From positions 1-25,672 of the IMG/VR virus record IMGVR_UViG_3300012008_000099: a stretch of DNA of 25,672 nucleotides. The stretch is one strand, 5' to 3'. Under the pieces are notes generated by a model. That model did no database searches, had not been told where the DNA came from, and saw nothing but the letters and a program-made list of their open reading frames with translations. Positions 17,664 through 25,672 of this stretch are shown in pieces (positions within the stretch are counted from its first letter, which is position 1; each line of letters starts with the position of its first letter). The translations under genes were made by a program, and so were the position numbers. The DNA is from a virus. Lineage: Duplodnaviria; Caudoviricetes.

Positions 17664-18563
17664 ATGCTAACTTTCACCCAAGCTTATAAACGAGCAGCTG
17701 ACATGGCTGGTGTCAGTACCACTACTAACAGTCTTGCGTTGACAAACATTAAAGCAGACATCAACCAAGCCTTGCGTATATTCAAGAACGCATCACGGCG
17801 TTACTGGTCACGTAAGGAAGTTACGACTAGTCTGGTAGCCTCACAAGCTCGCTACACCTTTCCGCAGGACATGATACGCATAACTACTGTTAAGGTAACA
17901 AATGGCGGTCTGACGCTTCCTGTGACGCTCATAGACAGCGAAGAGATGTGGAACAGGTTGACACTCGTGCCTGCTATGACAGTCGGTATACCGACTATGG
18001 GATTCGTACGGGGTAACAATGAGCTGGAACTTTATCCTGTACCGTCTACAACTACGGCTAATGGTCTGATAGTCAGCTACGAGCCACGGCTGAAAGACAT
18101 GAGCATTGACGACGCTACCCCAGCAATTACTGTGACTAATGGCTCAGTAACCGTGGCCGCCGCTACTAACCTCTTCAATGCCAATATGGTCGGCATGAGC
18201 TTACAAGTTACTGATGGTAGCGATGGCAACTGGTACCCGATTGTCGGCTACACCAGTCCAACAGCTATTACACTAGAGAATGTCTACCAAGGTGCTAGCT
18301 CAACAGGAGTAGCTAGTCTGATTGGTCAGGTGCCGGATATCCCCGAAGATTACCACCTAGCACTTGTATACTTCGCTGCTTACAACTATTACCTGAAACG
18401 CAAGGATGCTGGTACGGCTTCCGGCTACAAGGCACTGTATGAAGACCTGTTGACGCAGTACAAGGAAGTATATGCTGCTAAGAGTACCGGCCAAATTCTG
18501 GCTGACGTCAGCGATTTCAGTTATAACACTTTTGGTTTACCACCACAAGGGATGACTAGCTAA
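17664..18563 (+). CDS. Head-tail adaptor (tail tubular A / P22 gp4-like), putative
   Basis: INQALR, YTFPQDM, ELYPVP, PDIPEDYHLALVYFAAY motifs typical of adaptor proteins; gene position. Confidence 0.7.
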   Translation: MLTFTQAYKRAADMAGVSTTTNSLALTNIKADINQALRIFKNASRRYWSRKEVTTSLVASQARYTFPQDMIRITTVKVTNGGLTLPVTLIDSEEMWNRLTLVPAMTVGIPTMGFVRGNNELELYPVPSTTTANGLIVSYEPRLKDMSIDDATPAITVTNGSVTVAAATNLFNANMVGMSLQVTDGSDGNWYPIVGYTSPTAITLENVYQGASSTGVASLIGQVPDIPEDYHLALVYFAAYNYYLKRKDAGTASGYKALYEDLLTQYKEVYAAKSTGQILADVSDFSYNTFGLPPQGMTS

Positions 18564-18565
18564 CA

Positions 18566-20675
18566 ATGGCACAAGGCCCGAAAGACACTAATAAGCTAAA
18601 CGTGGTTCTCAACAGTTTTGAGGGCGGCGAAAGTATTGACTTCAAGAACGGTGTGGCTAGTAGCTTCTACCAGAGTGAAGCCTTTGACTTCCGTTCTAAA
18701 GCCTCTCAGATGTCAGTACTGCCTGGCTTAACCGCTCTATCCGGTGCCTCTGCCGTACTGGTTGACCTGCCGGTAGATATGGTGCAAGACCCGACAGGGG
18801 TACGCTGGATAATTGGTGACCAAGGAAACCTGTATAAACTAGCGACTAATGATGTTCTGACCAAGGTTGCTACTACTACTGAGACAAGCGGCTACGGTAT
18901 CGTGTATAACCAACTATCTGATTTCCTATATATTACCGGTCAACAGTCAGTCAGCATGTATGGGCCGTTGTCTAGCAGTCCAGCTCTCAAAGATGCCCAG
19001 TTTGCCAAGTCTGCTAGTAGTGCCAACGGTGTCGTGAACCTCTATGACCCGACTACGACAAGCTACAGCGGTTCAGCTCGTAACAACATGCTGACACTGG
19101 CTACTACTACTGGGGTAACGGCAACAAGTCAGGTAACGACGAACACGACAACGCTGACATACACGACGCCAACCAGCATACCGGCTGAAACGGTACTAAC
19201 AGGGAAGTGTGCTTTTGCACCTGACTTAGAGCCATTCTACTCAATTGCTATCTATGTCGATACTGTCGGTACTGGTAACGTCACCTTGACCTTGCACGAC
19301 GGCTTTAACAGGTCGTTAGCGGCAATTACTATCCTCCATGCTGCCTTAACAACTGGCTACAATGAGTTTGTATTTGCTGCCCCCGGTATCCGGTCATTTA
19401 CCGGTGCTATTCAGTCAGGACTGAGTGCCGCCTACCATTGGCACGTTACAAGCACTATAGCCGATACCAAGGTGCGTACTTTGACAACTGTAGACCTCAG
19501 TACGGCTGATATGATTCTGTTTAACTACCGGATGGTCAAGACAAACAACGGCTGGCACCCGGCAACTATATTTACTGGTAACGGCTTCTTGCTCTGTATT
19601 GGTAACGGCCAATATCTCAGTACCTATAACTTTGCCAATGATGCTAACCCGAGCAACTTCGTTTACCAGCGTGAACGTTTTCCAATTGACGCTGGCTATG
19701 AGATATGCGGTTTAAGCGTCAATAACCAGTATCTAGTCATTGCAGCCGAGAAACGGAGCAGTAGCACGGCACATGCCTACCAAGAAGGTGCATTGTATTT
19801 CTGGGACGGTCTGAACCCGACTTATAACTTCAAGATACAAATACCAATGGGAGCACCGTATAGCGTCTACACATTTAATAACATTACCTATTTCATTGCA
19901 GCCGGAGCATTATATGCCTGGGGTGGTGGTCAGCAAGTTATTAAGGTTCGTCCGATTGCTTACCAGAATACTGATTATCTTGGCACAACAGATACCACGA
20001 TTGTCAATCCGCACATGATGGCACCACGCTATAACCTGCTGATGTGTGGCTATCCATCGGTAACGACTAATACGTCGCTGAAGTATGGTATATACTCCTG
20101 GGGTTCGGTTGAACTGATCTATCCTAACAGTTTCGGCTACAGCTATGCTATGAGCCATGCCACCTACAACTACTCGGCTGCTAACAACCTGCAAATCGGT
20201 ATGATTATGAACTTCGTTGATACCATGTACGTCGCCAGTCGTAAAACAGTTACCGGTACGACTACTTACTATCTCGATACCGTTAATAACAGTTCTACCC
20301 CTGCTGCTACGTTTAACTGGTCAAGTCTGATCTATGATGGTGGTGTTCGCTACAAGCAGAAACAACTAATGCGCTACAAGGTTAACTTCTTGCCATGGCC
20401 TGCTAATGCAACACTGACAGTCTGGTATGCCCTGGAACGTGGCAGTCGAGTAACGGCTGACCCTATCACAAGCACCGCTTACTCGCCTGCAACTGGTGAC
20501 ACTAGTATAGTTATAGATATCGCCCCCGGACGCTTCTACGTAGGCTCAGTGGGGCTTTACAGGCACCTGTAGTAATCCTGCACTGCCGCCAACTATTACC
20601 GGCGTAACAGCTGAGGTCGATCCGCTACAATCTGAGATTGACCTGAGAGTAGATGATCAGTTAGAGGGAAGTTAG
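18566..20675 (+). CDS. Tail nozzle / tubular protein B-like stabilisation protein; one extra base near 20541 truncates the ORF at 20572
   Basis: Follows adaptor; N-terminal FEGG; beta-propeller-like character. The +1 frame continues AQWGFTGTCSNPALPPTITGVTAEVDPLQSEIDLRVDDQLEGS* to 2 nt before the next ATG. Confidence 0.65.
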
Positions 20676-20677
20676 TT

Positions 20678-20998
20678 ATGCAACCTAGTAGTCAGAGTCA
20701 GAACTTAGCTGCCAATACCACTGGTGCTGCCTATGAGATGTATACCTCTACTTTTGGTAACATGAACTTTGCGATCCAGCCGAGCATGACAGGGGAGGTC
20801 AGTAACACTTTTGGAACCGTACCATACGTCTCACTGGAAAGTATTATCTACGCTCAGCAAACTAATGCGCAGACTAGCCCTATCAATATTCAGTCTGGAC
20901 AAAGCCAGGGTAGCCAGAACATACAGGGAAGTACAACCATTCAAGATAGCAATGGACTAACTCGTATGGTAATGGGCTACAGCCCCTCGGGGTACTAG
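20678..20998 (+). CDS. Hypothetical tail-associated protein
   Basis: Tightly packed ORF; C-terminal IQDSNGLTRMVMG. Confidence 0.7.
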   Translation: MQPSSQSQNLAANTTGAAYEMYTSTFGNMNFAIQPSMTGEVSNTFGTVPYVSLESIIYAQQTNAQTSPINIQSGQSQGSQNIQGSTTIQDSNGLTRMVMGYSPSGY

Positions 20999-21805
20999 AT
21001 GCCACTTACAAGTCCCTACACTAATAATGCCGCAACTCAAGCCCCTGCCTCGGATGTCGGCTTTAAGATTAGCAAACCAGGTTATGATGCTACGAGGACG
21101 GCCGGTAGCAATCTGGTATTCAGTAGCAGCTGGCCGAGCTTGCCGATAGCCTTTGAAACGACCATTACTAGTCCAGGAAGTGCCACAGTAGCCCACAACC
21201 TCAAGTTTCCACCGTTGACGTTTATCTGGGCATACGGAAATGACCCCAGTGGTATTGGGACTATTAGTCGGCGGTCAATTGGTACTGTTGATAGCACCAA
21301 CGTCTACAACGTACCGACAGGGGTAACTAAGGTAAATATTAAGTGTTTTCAGCTGGATATTTCAACTGACATAGACTACATACTTGCCCCAGGTGATACG
21401 TTCAAGTCACCCTATGATGCAAACTTCGGTATTAAAGTTGTCAAAGCCGGTTTAGATATTAATAGTCGTGACCTCCGTAACTTCACGCTGCACTCACGGG
21501 CACAGAGTCCATTGATTCTAGCCGTTAAGACTGAGAAAACTATACCATCAGCTAACTTGAGCACTGGTATTGGCAATGTAATTCAATACCAGAACCCATT
21601 TAAAACACCAGTCTGGGTATATGGATTCGTTAAGAGTTCAGCCAGTAAATATACCTATACACCGTACTACAGCCAAGCCTATCCCCGAACATTTACAGAT
21701 GGACTGCTAAGCTATATCGGTTACACTGGTACGGATATTGGTGCTAGCCTGGTTATTCTCCGTGACCCGATGTTTGCAGCAACTCAAACTACGGTACAAT
21801 TCTAA
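20999..21805 (+). CDS. Putative minor tail protein with two internal repeats
   Basis: GFKISKPGYDA..NLVFSS and GIKVVKAGLDI..NFTLHS repeats. Confidence 0.7.
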   Translation: MPLTSPYTNNAATQAPASDVGFKISKPGYDATRTAGSNLVFSSSWPSLPIAFETTITSPGSATVAHNLKFPPLTFIWAYGNDPSGIGTISRRSIGTVDSTNVYNVPTGVTKVNIKCFQLDISTDIDYILAPGDTFKSPYDANFGIKVVKAGLDINSRDLRNFTLHSRAQSPLILAVKTEKTIPSANLSTGIGNVIQYQNPFKTPVWVYGFVKSSASKYTYTPYYSQAYPRTFTDGLLSYIGYTGTDIGASLVILRDPMFAATQTTVQF

Positions 21806-22303
21806 TGGCATCCGATGGCTATGGCATAGTCATATCGGCACCTGGTACAGATGTAGCCGGAGCGCCTAACAATAAGGTGTTAATGGACACCAGCAAGCCA
21901 TTCACTAAAGATAGATACTCAAACAACTACCGGCTTCCAGACAATCACTTTAATCATTACGACTGATCCGCCGGAGCCAGTCAACCCGGTCACAGACAGG
22001 TATACGACAGTCTATCAATTTGCGCATGGCTATAAGTACGTGCCCTCAGTCGAAACACTGTTCTACGTCACCACAGCCCCGCCAGGAGCAACCTATAGTC
22101 AAACATACTTCCAGGACTGGGGGATAGTCGGCGCACACACGGCAGATGACGGAGCCTATCTTTACTCTGTAGCCGATGCCACGAACGTTTATTTTATAGT
22201 TGATAAGTTCAATGATCAGTCTGGACTAGGCTCAGCTAACCTGCTAACTGGTACCAATGTTAATATCTCGGTGCATGTATTTGCCGACGACACTGGGTTC
22301 TGA
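21805..22303 (+). CDS. Putative minor tail protein paralogous to the preceding gene; one extra base near 21904-21910
   Basis: TAATG coupling; MASDGYGIVISAPGTDV... joins in the +1 frame to KIDTQTTTGFQ...AHGYKYVPSVETLFY; 499 nt = 166 codons + 1. Confidence 0.65.
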
Positions 22304-22355
22304 TATTATGTGATTATTCAGGCACCTTAGCCCCAACCGGCTTTTGGTGCTTTTT
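22301..22355 (+). promoter_or_regulatory. Extended -10 (TGaTATTAT) plus conserved leader hairpin + U-tract, copy C
   Basis: GGCACC-TT-AGCC-CCAACC-GGCT-TTT-GGTGC-TTTTT at 22321-22355. Confidence 0.7.
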
Positions 22356-22369
22356 AATATAAGGAACCT

Positions 22370-23239
22370 ATGAATCCCACCCTACAAGCTCAAGCATCTC
22401 AAGCAGCCGCTCAAGGACAATCACAGCTCGCTAACTATAATAATCAGGCAGCAACATCTAAAGCCCAGTACGGTACGTATCAAGCTGGAGCTGATCAGGC
22501 TAAGAATCAGGTTAACGATTATACCAACTACATGGCCGGTGCCGGTAGCGGTACGAACCTCTACAACAGCGAGCTAGGCAAGCAGATGACTAATGTCGGC
22601 TATGACCCTAATCAGATGACTGCTGCCCGAGGTAACTTGAACCAGGCTACTGGTGCATTATCGGCATACTCGGACTTTGCTAACACCGGTGCATCTAAGT
22701 TTGGACTGAACGCCGGAGGCTTTGCTGCTGCTAATGCTGGTGCACTTGGCGGATTGAACAATAACATCTCTGCACAGCAAGGCGTAGTTAACGGTCTGTC
22801 AGACCTCTATAAGACCGCTCAGACAGGTGCTAACCAGTCAGCTGGACTTGGTGTGCAAGGTGAGCAGAACACGCTCGGCGGCTACCAGAAAGTCTACGAG
22901 GATGCTGCTAACCAACGTGATCAAGCAGCTTCTATGATGAACTTCTATAATGACCTGGCACAAAAGCAGGGCGGTATGAATGCTCAGCAACAGCAGTATT
23001 ACGGACAAGCTCAACAGGCTTACGCTGGCGCACAGGCAGCTATGGCACAGGCTGGCTTATACGCTGCACAGGCAGGACTTGCCAATCAGCAACTCAACAA
23101 CACGGCACAAGACAGGGCAGCCTTGGCAGCTAAGACTAGTGCAGCAGCTGGTGAATCATATAATAAGGCTAACGGTATGTCATGGAACGGTCAGCTTGAC
23201 CCAACTAATGGCGCACAAATTATGACGGCAAAATTCTAA
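22370..23239 (+). CDS. Putative internal virion / DNA ejection protein
   Basis: Gln/Ala/Gly/Asn-rich helical sequence after the tail genes; AAGGA SD. Confidence 0.6.
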   Translation: MNPTLQAQASQAAAQGQSQLANYNNQAATSKAQYGTYQAGADQAKNQVNDYTNYMAGAGSGTNLYNSELGKQMTNVGYDPNQMTAARGNLNQATGALSAYSDFANTGASKFGLNAGGFAAANAGALGGLNNNISAQQGVVNGLSDLYKTAQTGANQSAGLGVQGEQNTLGGYQKVYEDAANQRDQAASMMNFYNDLAQKQGGMNAQQQQYYGQAQQAYAGAQAAMAQAGLYAAQAGLANQQLNNTAQDRAALAAKTSAAAGESYNKANGMSWNGQLDPTNGAQIMTAKF

Positions 23240-25200
23240 TGGATCCACAATCATTTAGTCAGATGATGGCATCGTATGGACAACCACAACAGGCCGATCA
23301 AACAGATCCTACGCAGCAAACAAATAGCGAACAAGCACCACAGCAAACAGCTCAGCCACAACAGCACGGTAATTGGTTTACGCATCTCATGCCGACTATC
23401 GGCGGTATCGGTGGTGGCATTCTTGGTGCAGTCTTCGGGGGTGGTGTCGGTGGTATCGGCGGTGGTGCAGGTGGTTCAGCGCTTGGTAAAGTCCTAGAGA
23501 ATAAGATAGAGGGGCAGGGGGCTGGTAACGGTGTCTTGTCTAATGCTTTACAGGGTGCTATTGGTGAAGGCGTCGGTGGTGCTATTGGTAAAGTCGGTGG
23601 CGGTTTAATGAAAACTGTTGGTGGTAAAGCCGAGGGTGTTGCTGATAGTCTGGTCAAAGGTCAATTTACCAAAGGGGCACTCAAAACAGCTGATGCGAAC
23701 GCATTACGAACAGCAGGGGTAGCAGATGCGAGACAGATACCCCAGATAGCTGATATGGTTACAGGTACTAACGGTGCCTTGAACCAAGGTGTTATAAGAG
23801 GACTGGGTGAATCTGATGTTCCAGCTAACTTATCAGGACTGGCACCACTCGCTAAAGACTTAGTGTCTCAGAATCAAATGCAATTATCAGCATCCTCAAT
23901 TCCTGATATTAGTAAGACTTTGAACAGCGCATTGTTAAAAGCAACCAATCCTGATGATGTTACACAGTTGGCTACCAAAGGGGCAGGGGGACCTGTAAAC
24001 ATATTCCAGTCTGGGGCACTCGGCAATGTACTACCTTCTAATGCTTTCGATGTAGCTAAGAACTTCGAGACATTAGCAGCAAGTGCTCGTAATGCAGCTT
24101 ATGACAAAATGGGTGCTGTCATTAATCCTGACCAGTTAGCCAAGTCTAAGATATTTACAGGTCTGGCCGATCATGCTAAGCAGGCAGCATTTGGTGGTGA
24201 TACACCAATCCCGTTATCAGTGACTAACAAAGCTCAGATAATCAGTGAGCTTGACCCATTGAGAGGAGTTAACCCTGCTGCTCACGCTACACTTGTCGAT
24301 CAAGTCAATAACGCCACTAATTTGCAAGACTTACGTGGTTTACAGGCTCCATTTGTGAAGGGAAGTCAAGCAGCTAAAGCAACTGATTTAGCCGCCGAAA
24401 GGGGAGCTGGTACTAACGCCAATCAGGTAATGAACAATCTAACTATTCCTGGCGCAATTGCTGGTGGCCCTCACGGCATGATGGCTGGACTTGGTGCTCA
24501 GATGTTACGCTCTCCCACAATGGATAGGGCTGCTATTCCATTAGTAGAAAAGGGCGGATCTATCCTATCTAATATCGGCGGTGCTACCCTCGGTAAAGCA
24601 AGCGTACCTGGTTTGGCAGGTGGGGCAGGAGGCGTATTATCAGCAACCTCAAATAATATGTTACAGAATAATGGTACAGTAGGAGATACTATGCAACCAG
24701 CTAATCAACTTGCTCCACAACCGACAGGGCAGCCAGCTAATGATCCGGCAACAGCACAGATGTTATTCGATCTAGGTTTATATAGTCCTGGTGCTCTAGC
24801 ATCCATCGCACCTAATCAGCAACAGGTACAGAATGTCACTAATGCCAATGCTGCTACCACAGCCTTACAGGGGCTTGGTAACGCTCCATCAGGCGGTATA
24901 CTTAGTAGCTTACAGGGTCATCTAGGAATTGGTGGTACAGGAGAGTATCAGCGTAAGGCTGCATCTGCGGCACAACAAGTAGCGGCTGCTATACCAGGTA
25001 CAGATGCTGGAGCTATCGAAAAGCAACTAACTGATTATATGGCTGGTGGTGGTAACATTGATGATGCTATTAAGGGACTACTTGAAAGACTTGGCGGCGT
25101 TATGAAGTCGAACCAGGGAACTGGTATTGGTGGTATTTTAGGTGTAAATGCAGCACCGCCGCAGACAGTTACTAGTCAATTACCAGTAGCTGCTCTTTAA
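23239..25200 (+). CDS. Putative DNA ejection protein with glycine-zipper segments
   Basis: GGIGGGILGAVFGGGVGGIGGGAGGSALG (GxxxG repeats); Gly/Ala-rich; TAATG coupling. Confidence 0.6.
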   Translation: MDPQSFSQMMASYGQPQQADQTDPTQQTNSEQAPQQTAQPQQHGNWFTHLMPTIGGIGGGILGAVFGGGVGGIGGGAGGSALGKVLENKIEGQGAGNGVLSNALQGAIGEGVGGAIGKVGGGLMKTVGGKAEGVADSLVKGQFTKGALKTADANALRTAGVADARQIPQIADMVTGTNGALNQGVIRGLGESDVPANLSGLAPLAKDLVSQNQMQLSASSIPDISKTLNSALLKATNPDDVTQLATKGAGGPVNIFQSGALGNVLPSNAFDVAKNFETLAASARNAAYDKMGAVINPDQLAKSKIFTGLADHAKQAAFGGDTPIPLSVTNKAQIISELDPLRGVNPAAHATLVDQVNNATNLQDLRGLQAPFVKGSQAAKATDLAAERGAGTNANQVMNNLTIPGAIAGGPHGMMAGLGAQMLRSPTMDRAAIPLVEKGGSILSNIGGATLGKASVPGLAGGAGGVLSATSNNMLQNNGTVGDTMQPANQLAPQPTGQPANDPATAQMLFDLGLYSPGALASIAPNQQQVQNVTNANAATTALQGLGNAPSGGILSSLQGHLGIGGTGEYQRKAASAAQQVAAAIPGTDAGAIEKQLTDYMAGGGNIDDAIKGLLERLGGVMKSNQGTGIGGILGVNAAPPQTVTSQLPVAAL

Positions 25201-25262
25201 TCTCGGTTAACAATCCAACCGTAGAATAAGAATGCTGCTAAGAAACCGAAGAATACTAACAT
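25197..25262 (-). CDS. 21-aa hydrophobic peptide MLVFFGFLAAFLFYGWIVNRD (not in ORF track)
   Basis: ATG 6 nt downstream of a near-consensus promoter; single TM-like stretch; stop overlaps the convergent + strand stop (TTAA). Confidence 0.5.
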   Translation of the reverse strand: MLVFFGFLAAFLFYGWIVNRD

Positions 25263-25268
25263 TCTCTC

Positions 25269-25297
25269 ATATTAGCATAAGCAGTATTATTTGTCAA
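25269..25297 (-). promoter_or_regulatory. Sigma70 promoter TTGACA-N17-TAATAT with extended TG
   Basis: Perfect -35, 17-nt spacer, TGc before the -10. Confidence 0.65.
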
Positions 25298-25584
25298 CAG
25301 ACGGAGCAGGGGACTGAGCAATTTCTTCCGGCAACAGCTTAACAGTCAATATCTTGTCCTCTTTCTCTAAATCAATCTCAAACAGCAGGTTAGTGTCATG
25401 CGGATAGCCTAGACGATTCGTACTTAATGTAATACAGGAATCCGGACATGATTTTTTGACCATAAGTATGGTATTGCAGGGTAAGGTTGAGCAGGCGAAG
25501 GTACGTAATTTCTTGGTCGGTTAGTGAGTGAGTTTGTATATCCTCATTATCTTTCTTCAGTGCTTGTGATTTTAGGGTTCCCAT
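25287..25584 (-). CDS. Hypothetical protein of about 98 aa; one extra base near 25425 truncates it at 25396
   Basis: GGAG SD; the +1 frame continues STNRLGYPHDTNLLFEIDLEKEDKILTVKLLPEEIAQSPAPSVDK*; 298 nt = 99 codons + 1. Confidence 0.55.
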
Positions 25585-25595
25585 ATTATCTCCGT

Positions 25596-25670
25596 TTACT
25601 TATGTAGTCTTTTTAATAATGAATCATAATGATATTTAACCAAATGTTCTTTTCTAGTAGTCAATACCAG
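25596..25670 (-). CDS. C-terminal fragment of a gene entering from outside the window, possibly an HNH endonuclease
   Basis: LVLTTRKEHLVKYHYDSLLKRLHK* resembles the NL.L.T..EH...H end of HNH domains; only 24 aa visible. Confidence 0.35.
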   Translation of the reverse strand: MVLTTRKEHLVKYHYDSLLKRLHK

Positions 25671-25672
25671 GT

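Noticed and set aside
20981-20993. AGCCCCTCGGGGT mini-hairpin just before ATG 20999 as another copy of the leader motif
   Set aside because: It lies within coding sequence with no upstream -10 box, GGCAC or U-tract; too weak to count.
1811-23657. Many - strand and nested + strand ORFs in the track (for example 2411-2818, 3018-3503, 6039-6527, 11426-11863, 16978-17508)
   Set aside because: They are shadows of well-supported + strand genes and lack RBS or recognisable motifs.
25191-25200. TGCTCTTTAA matching the boxA antitermination consensus
   Set aside because: It coincides with the last codons (GCT CTT TAA) of a gene at the end of the + strand block, with nothing downstream to antiterminate; probably chance.
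1-25672. Stop-codon reassignment (code 15, 4 or 25)
   Set aside because: Long genes are intact under code 11. TAG and TGA stops abut or overlap the next start codons (for example 3635/3636, 20998/20999, ATGA overlaps).

Overview
The window is the morphogenesis region of a tailed dsDNA phage with podovirus-like organisation, read in standard genetic code 11. On the + strand it runs: a Gly-Tyr/Asn/Asp repeat protein and several small ORFs, terminase small and large subunits, a Com-like zinc ribbon, portal, scaffold, major capsid, decoration-like and other virion proteins, two tail fibre/spike genes with paralogous N-termini, a head-tail adaptor, a nozzle/tubular-B-like protein, minor tail proteins and two Gly/Ala/Gln-rich ejection-like proteins. 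No tape measure, tube or sheath gene is recognisable. Coding switches to the - strand at about 25200. A KGG-type stress protein hints at a Saccharibacteria/CPR host (inference). The most interesting signal is regulatory. Several internal sigma70-like -10 boxes are followed 18-27 nt later by an AGCCC element. In three intergenic leaders this extends to TTATT-N1-3-GGCAC-NN-TAGCCC inside a terminator-like hairpin plus U-tract just upstream of the RBS, suggesting an uncharacterised promoter-proximal attenuation/antitermination system. Also seen: unannotated small ORFs (including a leaderless 21-aa hydrophobic peptide behind a near-consensus promoter), three single-base +1 disruptions (probably sequencing errors), and a structured GC-rich intergenic segment. 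All functional calls come from motifs and gene order read by eye, with no database searches.
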